Under the pieces are notes generated by a model. That model did not search any database, had not been told where the DNA came from, and saw only the letters and a list, made by a program, of their open reading frames with translations. The position numbers and the translations under genes were made by a program. From Candidatus Moraniibacteriota bacterium (GTDB lineage Bacteria; Patescibacteriota; Minisyncoccia; Moranbacterales; DUUL01): a DNA stretch of 64,000 nucleotides. This document shows positions 38,007 to 47,883 of the stretch, in pieces (position 1 is the stretch's first letter; every line of letters begins with the position of its first letter). Where the stretch lies: positions 461-64,460 of the forward strand of contig JBFHFF010000006.1 in NCBI GenBank assembly GCA_041583775.1, given 5' to 3'.

Positions 38007-38879
38007 ATGAAAATAAAAAAAGCTGTTATCGCGGTTGCTGGAAGTGGAACTAGATTATTGCCAGCTACAAAGGCTATGCCGAAAGAGATGTTGCCAATTG
38101 TGGATAAACCAATAATTCAGCTTGTGGTTGAGGAGTTAGTAGAGGCGGGCATAACTGATATAATTATGGTTACAAAGTGGGACAAGAAACCACTTGAAGA
38201 TCATTTTGATCATAGTTGGGCTTTGGAAAGTGATCTTGAGAAATCAGGAAAAGAAGCTTATCTAAAAGAAGTCAAGCGAATCGCTGGAATGGCAAATTAT
38301 ATATATATCCGTCAATCGCCACAATACGGCAACGGTGTCCCCGTTCTATCTGCTGCAAGTCTTGTGGATAATGAACCTTTTGTTTTTGTTTGGGGGGATG
38401 ATTTGGTGAAATCTGATGTTTCTTTTACAAAACAAATGATTGAGGATTATGAAGAAAATGGAAATTTAATGATTGGTGTTCAGGAGGTTCCCGCTGATCA
38501 GGTGAATCGTTATGGTATTGTGAAGTTAAAAGAGGGAACAATGCAAATGGTTGATGTTGTGGAGAAACCTGAAATTGGCAAAGCACCCTCAAGATATGCT
38601 CAATTTGGAAGAATGATTTTAAATCAAGACATTATCGATGTTTTAAGAAGAACCCCACCTGGAAAAGGGAACGAAATTTGGATTACAGACGCAATTCAAA
38701 CCTATATTAAAGAAGGTGGCAAATTCTTTGCTAAAAAAGTTGAAAATGGTGAGTGGTTGACTACTGGTGACCCGTTGAATTATATGAAAGCTTCTTTAAA
38801 ATATGCAGTCGAGAGGGAGGACATAGGACAGGATATAAAAGATTTTTTTCAGAACGAACTTTTGAAAGTAAAAAAATAA
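38007..38879 (+). CDS. galU: UTP--glucose-1-phosphate uridylyltransferase
   Basis: KAVIAVAGSGTRLLPATKAMPKEMLPIVDKP matches the GalU signature. Confidence 0.75.
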   Translation: MKIKKAVIAVAGSGTRLLPATKAMPKEMLPIVDKPIIQLVVEELVEAGITDIIMVTKWDKKPLEDHFDHSWALESDLEKSGKEAYLKEVKRIAGMANYIYIRQSPQYGNGVPVLSAASLVDNEPFVFVWGDDLVKSDVSFTKQMIEDYEENGNLMIGVQEVPADQVNRYGIVKLKEGTMQMVDVVEKPEIGKAPSRYAQFGRMILNQDIIDVLRRTPPGKGNEIWITDAIQTYIKEGGKFFAKKVENGEWLTTGDPLNYMKASLKYAVEREDIGQDIKDFFQNELLKVKK

Positions 38880-38926
38880 AGAAATATTTAAGTTAAAAAA
38901 CACCAGCATAAACCGGTGTTTTTTAA

Positions 38927-38955
38927 TTGACAAAAGTTTGAATAAATGCTATTTT
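38927..38955 (+). promoter_or_regulatory. Promoter of RNase P RNA (TTGACA-17 bp-TATTTT)
   Basis: Seen in sequence immediately upstream of the rnpB 5' end. Confidence 0.45.
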
Positions 38956-38961
38956 AAAGCT

Positions 38962-39332
38962 AGTTTCGCTAACAATGCAATCGCTTTGAAATTATTTTTA
39001 AAGAGGAAAGTCTGGACACTATCATTTTAATGATATGGATAATCGGTAACGCCGATCGATTTATCAGTGATGGTAAATAAGGGAAAGTGCCGCAGAGACA
39101 ATACTATCCGTTTCGGCGGAGAAAGGTGAAAAGTGCATTGATGTAATCATCTCGATGATTGCTACAAAGCTCGCTTGTTGGTGACAGCAAGTTGTGGAAA
39201 ACCCTATTTGGTGCAAGGCCGTGTTCTAAGAAATTAGAAAGTGCCGCTAAAGTTGTTTGGAAACATTCAACTTAGATAAATGATTGCAACTCTTCGGAGT
39301 AACAGAATCCGGCTTATTTGTTTGTGAGACTA
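38962..39332 (+). ncRNA. rnpB: RNase P RNA (bacterial type)
   Basis: Conserved P4 strands GAGGAAAGTCTGGAC (39003-39017) and ACAGAATCCGGCTTAT (about 39302-39316); P1 pairing gctaacaa/ttgtttg; terminator hairpin at 39334-39362. Confidence 0.7.
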
Positions 39333-39475
39333 AATCAAAAGCGGACCGTAAGGTCTGTTTTTTGTTGCAAGAGTAGTTTAGAAATGCTACAATTCTAACA
39401 TTAAATTTATGTCAAAGTATAATAACAATGAACTGTTTTGAAATTATAGGCAATGACAATTTTTAGAGATATTTT

Positions 39476-40891
39476 ATGAAAAAGTCCGAATTATTTTTTA
39501 GTGCGTTGCAAGTGCCAATTGATTATTTTATGGTTGTTTTGGCTGGAATAATTGCATATGTTTGGCGTGCTTCCGAGACGATTCAGGGGATAAAAGTTGT
39601 GGAGTATCAATTTACGCTTAGGCAATTTTTTGAGGTATTGCTTTTTGTAGCTGCTTTTTTTGTTATTGTATATGCATTTGAAGGTCTTTATGATATTAGG
39701 TCCACCAAAAGGACATCTCGTGAAATTTATCGAGTTTTTCGTGCCACAATGCTAGCGCTTATGATTATTATTGTGGGTATTTTCGTTGACAGAGAAATTT
39801 TTTCCTCCCGTTTCATTATTTTAACAGGAGGTTTTTTTGCATTTATTTTTGTTTCGATTGGTAGAATGTTACTGGGATATATTCAACGGTATTTATTAGT
39901 AACAAGGAGAATTGGAGTCCATAGACTTTTATTAATTGGTGTTGGAGATGTTTGTGGCGCAATCAAAAGGCAAATAAAAGAGGATAAATATAAAGGATAT
40001 CAGTTAATTGGGCATATAGACGATATTGATATAGAAAGAATTGAAAGAATAAAGAAATTAAAAGGTGTTGATGAAATTATTCAATGTGATCCAAAAGCAG
40101 TAAAGACCAAGTTGTTAAACTTGAAAGAATTTGCAATACAAAATAGAATTTCTTTTAAATACACCCCAACCCTATTACAAACTGTAAATTATAAGTTGGG
40201 AGTTTTTTTAGGAGAGCCAATGATTGAGGTTAAAAACACCCCCCTTGATGGTTGGGGTAAGATTATCAAAAGGATTGTTGATATAATTGGTGCATTAGTA
40301 GGAATTGTAATTTTTGGAATTCCAATGATTGTAATTTCCTTTGCAATTTGGCTTGAATCTGGTGGACCAATTATTTTTTTCAATGAGAGAGTTGGTCATA
40401 AAGGTAATTTTAACCTTTATAAATTTAGATATATGAAAAATAAATATTGTCACGGAAAACAATATTCATCAGCACATAACAAAAAGGCATTGATTTTTTT
40501 AAGAGAGCTTATTGAGAAACAATCGATTAAAAAAGGGCCAATCTACAAGATAAAAAATGATCCAAGAAAAACCAAAACGGGAGCAATTTTGGAGAAGTTT
40601 TCACTTGATGAATTGCCTCAGTTTTTCAATGTTTTGGTTGGAAAAATGAGTCTCGTGGGCCCAAGACCTCATCAGCCCATTGAAGTTGAAAAATATGAAA
40701 AACATCAAAGACGAGTCTTGACAATAAAGCCAGGTGTTACTGGTATGGCGCAAATTTCAGGTAGAAGTGATTTGGAGTTTGATGATGAAGTTAGGTTGGA
40801 TACTTTTTATATTGAGAATTGGTCACTTTGGCTTGATATTCAAATTATTATAAAAACTATTCCCGCTCTTTTATATAAAAGGAAAAATTAA
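39476..40891 (+). CDS. Polyprenyl-phosphate sugar phosphotransferase (WbaP/bacterial sugar transferase family)
   Basis: C-terminal ELPQFFNVLVGKMSLVGPRP ... KPGVTGMAQISGR motifs. Confidence 0.8.
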   Translation: MKKSELFFSALQVPIDYFMVVLAGIIAYVWRASETIQGIKVVEYQFTLRQFFEVLLFVAAFFVIVYAFEGLYDIRSTKRTSREIYRVFRATMLALMIIIVGIFVDREIFSSRFIILTGGFFAFIFVSIGRMLLGYIQRYLLVTRRIGVHRLLLIGVGDVCGAIKRQIKEDKYKGYQLIGHIDDIDIERIERIKKLKGVDEIIQCDPKAVKTKLLNLKEFAIQNRISFKYTPTLLQTVNYKLGVFLGEPMIEVKNTPLDGWGKIIKRIVDIIGALVGIVIFGIPMIVISFAIWLESGGPIIFFNERVGHKGNFNLYKFRYMKNKYCHGKQYSSAHNKKALIFLRELIEKQSIKKGPIYKIKNDPRKTKTGAILEKFSLDELPQFFNVLVGKMSLVGPRPHQPIEVEKYEKHQRRVLTIKPGVTGMAQISGRSDLEFDDEVRLDTFYIENWSLWLDIQIIIKTIPALLYKRKN

Positions 40892-40932
40892 ATTTGAGAA
40901 GAGAGATTGAAGTAAATAAATAGACTAAGTTT

Positions 40933-42324
40933 ATGAAAGATAGAATTGTTTTGGATGAGATACAAAATGTATATATGATTGGGATTAAGGGATCTGGAAT
41001 GATTGCTTTTGTGGAGATTTTTAAGGCACTTGGGAAAAATGTTTCTGGTAGTGATGTTTCGGAGAAATTTTTTACAGATACTACTTTGGAAAAATTGGGA
41101 ATTGAATATGCAGAAAATTTTTCAACAGAAAATATTTCAAAACAAAAAAGAATTGATTTAGTCATTTATTCTACGGCATATAATGAAGTGAACAATGTTG
41201 AACTTAAATATGCTAAGGAAAATAATTTGCCTGTTCTTTCATATTCTGAAATGATAGGCCTTTTTTCTAAGGAAAAAAAGACAGTCGCAGTTTGTGGAAC
41301 ACACGGTAAAACAACTACCTCAGCAATGACTACGCTTGTACTAAAAAAATGTGGTGCTGATCCAACTGCAATAATTGGTTCAAGAGTGAAGCAGTTGGAT
41401 TCTAATGTGGCTGTCGGAGAATCAGAGATTTTAATAATAGAAGCAGATGAATATCAAAACAAACTTGCTAACTATTTTCCCTTTGGAGTTGTTTTGCTGA
41501 ATGTTGATTATGATCATCCCGATTTTTTTCCATCTATAAAAGAATATCAAAATGTTTTTGTAGAGTTTGTTGAAAAAATTCCCAAGGAAGGATTTCTTAT
41601 TGTTTGTGGTGATGATGCTGGTGCAATTGAGGTTGCAAAAAAAGCAAATTGTAATGTGGTAGTCTATGGTTTTTTTAAAGGAAGTAAACAGGTTAAGAAA
41701 ATAGAAAAAGAACTGAGAATTGCTGGTGTGGAGAATTTGGAGTTTTTCCCAGTTCCAGTGAATTTGAATATGAAAGTTCCGGGAAAACATAACAAATCCA
41801 ATGCTACTGCTGCTTTAGCTGTTTGCAAACAATTGGAGTTAGATTTCGACAAAGCAGTAAACGCCATTGAAGGATATATTGGGGTTACACGAAGATTTGA
41901 AGAAATCGGAGAGAGGAATGGTGCAATTATTATTGATGACTACGCTCACCATCCAGCAGAAATCAAAGCAACGCTAAGCGCTGCAAAGGAAAAATTTCAA
42001 AATAAGAATATTATTTGCATTTTTCATCCGCATACATTTACTAGAACAAAGGCATTATTTAGTGAATTTGCCGAGAGCTTTGTGGATGCAGACGAGGTTA
42101 TTGTGTTAGATATCTATGGTTCTGCTAGAGAAATACAAGGAGGTGTTAGCTCGGAGGAATTGGTGACTGAAATTAAAAAATTTCATAAGAAAGTAAGTTA
42201 TGTTGCGACAATAGAAGAGGTTTTTTTCGAATTGAAAGATAGAATATGTGAAAAGGACATTGTTTTGACGATAGGTGCGGGAGATGTTGATAGATTAGCA
42301 AAAAAATTGGTTACGAATAGTTAG
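40933..42324 (+). CDS. murC: UDP-N-acetylmuramate--L-alanine ligase
   Basis: GIKGSGM and CGTHGKTTTSAM Mur ligase motifs. Confidence 0.8.
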   Translation: MKDRIVLDEIQNVYMIGIKGSGMIAFVEIFKALGKNVSGSDVSEKFFTDTTLEKLGIEYAENFSTENISKQKRIDLVIYSTAYNEVNNVELKYAKENNLPVLSYSEMIGLFSKEKKTVAVCGTHGKTTTSAMTTLVLKKCGADPTAIIGSRVKQLDSNVAVGESEILIIEADEYQNKLANYFPFGVVLLNVDYDHPDFFPSIKEYQNVFVEFVEKIPKEGFLIVCGDDAGAIEVAKKANCNVVVYGFFKGSKQVKKIEKELRIAGVENLEFFPVPVNLNMKVPGKHNKSNATAALAVCKQLELDFDKAVNAIEGYIGVTRRFEEIGERNGAIIIDDYAHHPAEIKATLSAAKEKFQNKNIICIFHPHTFTRTKALFSEFAESFVDADEVIVLDIYGSAREIQGGVSSEELVTEIKKFHKKVSYVATIEEVFFELKDRICEKDIVLTIGAGDVDRLAKKLVTNS

Positions 42325-42366
42325 TTTTTGAAATTTAATATATAGTTTCATTATAAAGTAAAAAGA

Positions 42367-42792
42367 ATGGAATTCGAATCTTATAATTTAGATGATACAA
42401 GAAGGTTGGCGAGGCAAATCCTTGCTTCTTTGGATGGAGTTAACTTGATTTTATTGGATGGAGAATTAGGAGCTGGAAAGACAGTCTTGACCCAAGGAAT
42501 TTTGTCAGAATTGGGCGCTGAAGGCCCTTTTACTTCACCAACTTTTGTGGTAATGAAAGATTATAAGTTAAGTGATAATGAAAAATTTGAGAAAGTTTGT
42601 CACTTTGATTGCTATCGTATTGGTGTTGAGGATTTAAAAGATTTGGCTTGGGAAGAAACTTTGGAAAATAAAAAAAATTTGGTGATTGTGGAATGGCCAG
42701 GGAGAATTAAGGAGGCACTGCCCGAAAAAGCCATTAGAATTGAAATTAAAGTAATTGATGAGAATAAGAGGAGGTTTATTATAAAAAATTAA
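42367..42792 (+). CDS. tsaE: tRNA threonylcarbamoyladenosine biosynthesis protein TsaE
   Basis: LLDGELGAGKTVLTQGI P-loop typical of YjeE/TsaE; size about 140 aa. Confidence 0.65.
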   Translation: MEFESYNLDDTRRLARQILASLDGVNLILLDGELGAGKTVLTQGILSELGAEGPFTSPTFVVMKDYKLSDNEKFEKVCHFDCYRIGVEDLKDLAWEETLENKKNLVIVEWPGRIKEALPEKAIRIEIKVIDENKRRFIIKN

Positions 42793-42802
42793 CTTAAAAA
42801 GA

Positions 42803-44152
42803 ATGGAAATTAACCCAGGTATCTTTAAAGCGTATGATATTCGAGGTGTTTATCCTAGTGAGATAAATGAGGAAACTGTTTATAACATTGGTCGCGCCTT
42901 GGCTAGTTTTACCAAAGCAAAAACAATTGTGATTGGAAAGGACATTCGAAATTCTTCTGATAATTTGGAAGAAAAAATGATTGAGGGGATGACAGATGAA
43001 GGTGTCAATGTTATAAAGATTGGAATTGCAACAACCCCAATGCTTTATTTTGCTTCTTGGAATTTAGATGTTGATGCAGGGGTTATTATCACAGCTTCAC
43101 ATAATCCAGCAGAATATAATGGGATGAAATTTTGCTTCAAGGGAGCTGTGCCGATTGGAGAGGGCAGTGGAATGGAAGAGATTAAACAAATGGCATTAAA
43201 GGGTGATTTTAAGCCTTCAGAGAGAAAAGGAAGTGTCATTGAAAATGAAGAGTTAAAGCAAAAATACCTAGATTATATTACAGGATTTTTTAACAAAGAA
43301 ATAGCTGTAAAAAAGAAAAAGATTGTAGTTGATTTTGCGAATGCAATGGGTATTTTAGATAAAGAGGTTCTTGAAAATATGGGAGCTTCCGTTGAAAAAG
43401 TCTATATGTATGATCAATATGATGGTTCTTTTCCAAATCATGAGGCAAATCCTTTGAAAACTGAAACACTAGAAGCTTTGCAAAAAAAAGTTTTAGAGGA
43501 AAAAGCAGATCTTGGAGTTTCATATGATGGAGACGCTGACCGTGTGGGATTTGTTGATGAAAAAGGGGAGATTATCCCAATGGATTTTATAACTGCACTT
43601 TTGGCAAAAGAAATTTTAAAAAAGCATCCTGGAAGTAGAATTCTGATGGATCTAAGAGGCTCTGACTCTGTTAAAGAGGTCATTGAAGAGGCTGGTGGAG
43701 TTGTTAATCGTTGTCGAGTCGGTCATTCACTGATTAAAAAACAGATGCGTGAAGAAGGTGCAATTTTTGCAGGAGAACTCTCAGGGCATTATTATTTCGA
43801 AGAGAACTCAAAGGCTGAACTTGCAACGCTAGCTGTTGTAACACTTATAAATCTTTTGAATGAAACAGGCAAAACAATGTCTGAATTGTCTAAAGAGTTG
43901 AAAAGATATTTTCATTCAGGTGAAATTAATTCTCAAGTCGTTGATGTTAAGGCTGTTTTGAAAAATTTAGAGGAGAGATATTCTGATGGAGAAATTGACA
44001 GGCTAGATGGGATCAGAATCGATTTCAAAGATTGGTGGTTTAATGTGCGGGCTTCAAACACGGAGCCAGTTTTGAGATTGAATCTTGAAGCAGAGACGAA
44101 AGAACTAATGGAGGAAAAAAGAAATGAATTGTTGTCGATTATTCGAGGGTAG
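42803..44152 (+). CDS. Phosphomannomutase/phosphoglucomutase
   Basis: Active-site ITASHNPAEYNGMKF; four-domain length. Confidence 0.85.
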   Translation: MEINPGIFKAYDIRGVYPSEINEETVYNIGRALASFTKAKTIVIGKDIRNSSDNLEEKMIEGMTDEGVNVIKIGIATTPMLYFASWNLDVDAGVIITASHNPAEYNGMKFCFKGAVPIGEGSGMEEIKQMALKGDFKPSERKGSVIENEELKQKYLDYITGFFNKEIAVKKKKIVVDFANAMGILDKEVLENMGASVEKVYMYDQYDGSFPNHEANPLKTETLEALQKKVLEEKADLGVSYDGDADRVGFVDEKGEIIPMDFITALLAKEILKKHPGSRILMDLRGSDSVKEVIEEAGGVVNRCRVGHSLIKKQMREEGAIFAGELSGHYYFEENSKAELATLAVVTLINLLNETGKTMSELSKELKRYFHSGEINSQVVDVKAVLKNLEERYSDGEIDRLDGIRIDFKDWWFNVRASNTEPVLRLNLEAETKELMEEKRNELLSIIRG

Positions 44153-44173
44153 GTTGTTCTTTTATAACAAAAA

Positions 44174-44200
44174 ACAGACCTTTGACGGTCTGTTTTTTGT
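44174..44200 (+). terminator. Bidirectional rho-independent terminator between convergent genes
   Basis: acagacc-tttgac-ggtctgt flanked by A-run and T-run. Confidence 0.5.
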
Positions 44201-44222
44201 TACTTTATTTTTTATCCAAATA

Positions 44223-44795
44223 TTATTTTAGGGTATATTTGATTGCCTTAGCGACAATTTTGTGAATCTTCTTTTTGTTTTTTTCCTTTAACTTATTGGC
44301 ATTGCCAAGTTTGAATCCTTTTGTTTTAAGTCCACAGAAGCCCAGTATTTCTTTTGTAACAACTCGTAGAGAGCAATTTCTTCTAATGAATTTTTCAATA
44401 AATATGCGACCACCAGTCGTTGTGATAACCGAAACCCTTCCTTTTAGATGTCCTTTTGGAATTCCAAAAACATTAAAACTAAAAGCAAATTTATTAGTTA
44501 GTATTCTATCAAAAAAGCCCTTTAGAATTGCAGGGGTTCTATCCCACCAAGTGGGATAGATTATAATAAAACGCCGTTCATTTTTAATTAATTCTTGATA
44601 TTTAAGAGTTTCTTTTGCGAGATGAAAATTTCCAGAAGTGTAATGTTCTTTTTGTTTTAGTATTGGGTCATATTTTTCTTCATATAAATCGAGAACTCTA
44701 TATTCAACTTCCTTTAAACTAAGTTCTTTTTTTATTTGTTTTAGAATGTAACCACAATGACCGTCGTGATTTGGATGAGCGTAGATAATTAGCAT
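44223..44795 (-). CDS. Flavodoxin-like fold NAD(P)H-dependent oxidoreductase
   Basis: MLIIYAHPNHDG N-terminus typical of the NQO/flavodoxin_2 family. Confidence 0.6.
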   Translation of the reverse strand: MLIIYAHPNHDGHCGYILKQIKKELSLKEVEYRVLDLYEEKYDPILKQKEHYTSGNFHLAKETLKYQELIKNERRFIIIYPTWWDRTPAILKGFFDRILTNKFAFSFNVFGIPKGHLKGRVSVITTTGGRIFIEKFIRRNCSLRVVTKEILGFCGLKTKGFKLGNANKLKEKNKKKIHKIVAKAIKYTLK

Positions 44796-44834
44796 ATTTT
44801 TTGGATTTAATTTTGGTTAAGTGTGACTTAGTTG

Positions 44835-45413
44835 TTATAATATTTTTAAATCGAAATCTTCTTTGAGGATTTTGGCAGTTTCGAACAGTGAAAGCCCTAC
44901 GGCATTAAAAAAGTCTCCTTCGATTTTTTTAATCAAAATGGCCCCAAGTCCTTGAATGGCAAAAGCGCCAGCCTTATCAAGAGGTTCTTTGGTTTTTATA
45001 TAGGCTATTATTTCTTCCTTTGAAATTTTTTTTATTGAAACTTTAGTTGCCTTAGCTTTGGAAATGATTTTGTTTTCAGACATTCTTATGACGGCTATGC
45101 CAGAAAAAACCTTCAGAGTTTTCCCACTAATTTGAGAGAGTATTTTTTTTGCTTCTGTGCTATTTTTTGGTTTACCTATAATCTTGTCTCCTAGCATAAT
45201 AAGAGTGTCTGCTCCAATCACGATATTTTCTGGAAATCTCCGAGACACCTCTTTTGCCTTTTGCAAGGCTAAAAACTCCACTAGTTTTTTTGTGGATATT
45301 CCCGATTTTTTCTTTTCTTGGTAATTGCTACCAACAACACTGAAAGGGATTCCTAATTTTTCAAGAAGCTCCTTCCTTCTAGGTGATGTTGAAGCTAGGA
45401 TGATTTTTTTCAT
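44835..45413 (-). CDS. maf: Maf-like nucleoside triphosphate pyrophosphatase
   Basis: ILASTSPRRKELLEKLGIPF matches the Maf signature. Confidence 0.8.
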   Translation of the reverse strand: MKKIILASTSPRRKELLEKLGIPFSVVGSNYQEKKKSGISTKKLVEFLALQKAKEVSRRFPENIVIGADTLIMLGDKIIGKPKNSTEAKKILSQISGKTLKVFSGIAVIRMSENKIISKAKATKVSIKKISKEEIIAYIKTKEPLDKAGAFAIQGLGAILIKKIEGDFFNAVGLSLFETAKILKEDFDLKIL

Positions 45414-45419
45414 ATAAGT

Positions 45420-46091
45420 CTAAGTTATTTCCCAGTCAATTTTTTTAATATTCTTTGAGGATAAAAAATCGTTTGTTTTGCTGAAGTGTTTGCAACCAAA
45501 GAATCCTCGATGAGCTGAAAGTGGGGAAGGATGAGGTGCTTTTAGAACTAAATGTTTTGAAGTATCAATTAGCGGTAATTTATTTTGAGCATAAGCTCCC
45601 CATAACAAAAAGACTAAATTTTCTTTTTCATCTGATAGTATTCTTATAATTTTATCGGTGAATTTTTCCCAACCTTTTCCTTGATGAGAACCAGCCTTAT
45701 TAGCTTGAACTGTTAGCGTTGCGTTTAGTAATAAAACTCCTTGCTTTGCCCAACTCGTTAGGTTTCCAGAATTCGAACTCTGTATTCCCAGATCGTCTGC
45801 AATCTCTGTGTAAATATTTCTAAGAGAAGGTGGGATTTTGGCATCAACGGGAACCGAAAAACACAATCCGTGAGCTTGACCCGCGTTATGGTATGGATCT
45901 TGACCGATAATTACAACTCTAACTCTTTCAAAAGGACATTTATTGAAGGCATAGAATATGTTCTTTGAATCAGGGAAAACTTCTTTGGAAAGATATTCTT
46001 TTTTTACAAAATCATAAAGAATTTTGAAATATGGTTTTTCAAATTCTGTTGATAAAATATCTTTCCATTTTTTTTCAATATTGATGTTCAT
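45420..46091 (-). CDS. ung: Uracil-DNA glycosylase (family 1)
   Basis: GQDPYH ... GLCFSV and HPSPLSAHRGFFGC motifs. Confidence 0.9.
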   Translation of the reverse strand: MNINIEKKWKDILSTEFEKPYFKILYDFVKKEYLSKEVFPDSKNIFYAFNKCPFERVRVVIIGQDPYHNAGQAHGLCFSVPVDAKIPPSLRNIYTEIADDLGIQSSNSGNLTSWAKQGVLLLNATLTVQANKAGSHQGKGWEKFTDKIIRILSDEKENLVFLLWGAYAQNKLPLIDTSKHLVLKAPHPSPLSAHRGFFGCKHFSKTNDFLSSKNIKKIDWEIT

Positions 46092-46240
46092 CTTTTGATT
46101 CCCGGAATTTTTTAAGCTAGAAATAGGGATTAATCTAGTTTAACACAATTACTTTTTTTGCAAAGCATTTTTAATTTGATATATTTCATTAAAGCCTATA
46201 AACTGAAAGTAGAGAAGTTCTAATCCATAAAACATAAAAA

Positions 46241-46420
46241 TATGAAAGATTATGCAAAAGTTGGAGGAAAACCCGGAAAACCAGGCTATAGAACACCAAG
46301 ATCATTTCTAAATAAGTTTGTTGGAGTTTTTCAAAAAAACTCGAGAAGAAATTTTTATAACAAAACTAAAATTAAAATCAGGGGTTATTTTGCAGGGAAG
46401 TCTGAAAATGAAGAAAAATA
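46241..46420 (+). CDS. Small basic hypothetical protein (59 aa; below the ORF-track cutoff)
   Basis: ATG ORF MKDYAKVGGKPGKPGYRTPRSF... followed by a perfect 8-bp hairpin terminator (46445-46488); no strong RBS. Confidence 0.3.
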
Positions 46421-46496
46421 ACTTATAATCAGGGAAAAAATAAATAAGCACCAAGCTTCGCGTTTGGTGCTTATTTTTTATTTTTTTAAGATAAAC

Positions 46497-46880
46497 TTAT
46501 AAATTTTCATTCAAGAAATCTTGCAGACCATCCAAGTCTTTTATATCCTTATCATAATGATAAGTTTCTATTCCAACAGATTTTGCACTTTCCACTGCAT
46601 CAATATTGTGCTCAAAATAAATCACATCTTCAGGAGTTAGTTCGTAGTTATCGAGCATCATTTTGAAATAATCAGGGTCAGTTTTTTCTGGTTCGTGTTT
46701 AAGTGTGAAAACTTCATAAGGCATTTTATCTAAACCGAATTGAGTGAATTGTTTATCGTCAGCACCAGTGAGGATGATTTTATTGTTGGGGTATTCTTCA
46801 AGTAAGTCATGCATTGCTCCAAAAATATTTCCAGCAGTGTCTACAAAAGTGTTTACTGCATCTACTAAAATAGTTTTCAT
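46497..46880 (-). CDS. HAD-like hydrolase domain protein (short)
   Basis: MKTILVDAVNTF ... weak HAD-like motifs; ATG 46880 preferred to the upstream TTG. Confidence 0.35.
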   Translation of the reverse strand: MKTILVDAVNTFVDTAGNIFGAMHDLLEEYPNNKIILTGADDKQFTQFGLDKMPYEVFTLKHEPEKTDPDYFKMMLDNYELTPEDVIYFEHNIDAVESAKSVGIETYHYDKDIKDLDGLQDFLNENL

Positions 46881-47076
46881 TGTTTTGAATTTAGAATTAA
46901 TTTTATTATTAATGATAACACACAAAGTCCTAAAGAGATAAGTTTTTTATAAGAAATGGATGTTTTTTAATGAATCTTTAATTTTCCATGTTCAGTTGTT
47001 TGAATTTTGAATTTAGTTAGCCTAGATGGTTAAATAAAAAGGCCGTTTCCCAGTTGGGGCGTGCCTTTGTTTTTTG

Positions 47077-47100
47077 AATAAATAAATAAATAAATAAATA
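47077..47100. repeat. (AATA)6 tetranucleotide microsatellite
   Basis: aataaataaataaataaataaata in the promoter region of the minus-strand gene at 46497-46880. Confidence 0.8.
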
Positions 47101-47104
47101 ATTT

Positions 47105-47518
47105 TTAAAGAAGTATTTTTAATTCCATCGTCATAATGAAATAGGTTATTAAAAAGGATACCACAGATGCTATTATTAGCAATGAGACTGTTTCCTGAAT
47201 ATCTTTTTCCCAAGCTTGTAAAAATTTTGAAAATACAATGACAATAACAATTAGTGTCAAAGAAAATATCAAAATTGAAAAGATGATCTCTCTTTTGTGT
47301 ATCAGAATAAGTTCCATTTTCCCTAAAAAATTAGGGCTGTGAATCCATAAATTAAACGAATATACAAGTTCCCTGATAATTTGCTGGTGATTTTCCAGCA
47401 GTATGTTCCAGAGAATTGTGAGTAAAATGCCAAGGATGAAAAGTGTCATTAAAAATCTTGCCATTATCACAAACCTTTTTAACAATGCTTGCCATAAAGT
47501 CCTAAAGAACAAATTCAT
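47105..47518 (-). CDS. Hypothetical multi-TM membrane protein
   Basis: Four predicted TM helices. Confidence 0.45.
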   Translation of the reverse strand: MNLFFRTLWQALLKRFVIMARFLMTLFILGILLTILWNILLENHQQIIRELVYSFNLWIHSPNFLGKMELILIHKREIIFSILIFSLTLIVIVIVFSKFLQAWEKDIQETVSLLIIASVVSFLITYFIMTMELKILL

Positions 47519-47587
47519 GCAACCTCCCTGTGAGTTTTAATCTCAGCAAACCTATTGATTTTTAGAAAAAACTTCTTGGTATCATTT

Positions 47588-47677
47588 TTAACAATTAGAA
47601 CCGTAACAATAATGGCAAGAATGTTTGTTTAGGGGAAGTCCCCATTTCCCTTTTTCTTTTGCCAATTCAATAATCAT
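47588..47677 (-). CDS. Small Cys/His-rich peptide (29 aa) with strong Shine-Dalgarno
   Basis: AAGAAGGGGG 9 nt upstream of ATG (minus strand); peptide MIIELAKEKGKWGLPLNKHSCHYCYGSNC; lies directly downstream of cassette module copy C. Confidence 0.3.
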   Translation of the reverse strand: MIIELAKEKGKWGLPLNKHSCHYCYGSNC

Positions 47678-47785
47678 TCTAATTACCCCCTTCTTTAAAT
47701 TATTGTAGGTACATTTGTTTATTTTTACATTTACATATAGCATATTTATGTTATATGTCAATAGCATAAATTCAAAAAATTCCAA

Positions 47786-47883
47786 GGTAGCAAAATCCTA
47801 TCAAAAAACATCCTACTTTGTAGGGTGTTTTTTGTGTGTAGGGAATGTGGAATAATGTTGAAACTCTATTTAACAGGAGTTGA
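47786..47883 (-). repeat. Conserved intergenic cassette module, copy C (post-stop box, hairpin terminator, TTGATA)
   Basis: Alignable with copies at 48436-48637 and 49232-49305. Confidence 0.6.

Noticed and set aside
47588-47785. The 65-aa ORF-track version of the small minus-strand ORF
   Set aside because: Its N-terminal 36 residues run back through AT-rich promoter-like sequence with no RBS. The only strong Shine-Dalgarno (AAGAAGGGGG) precedes the internal Met, so the 29-aa version was preferred.
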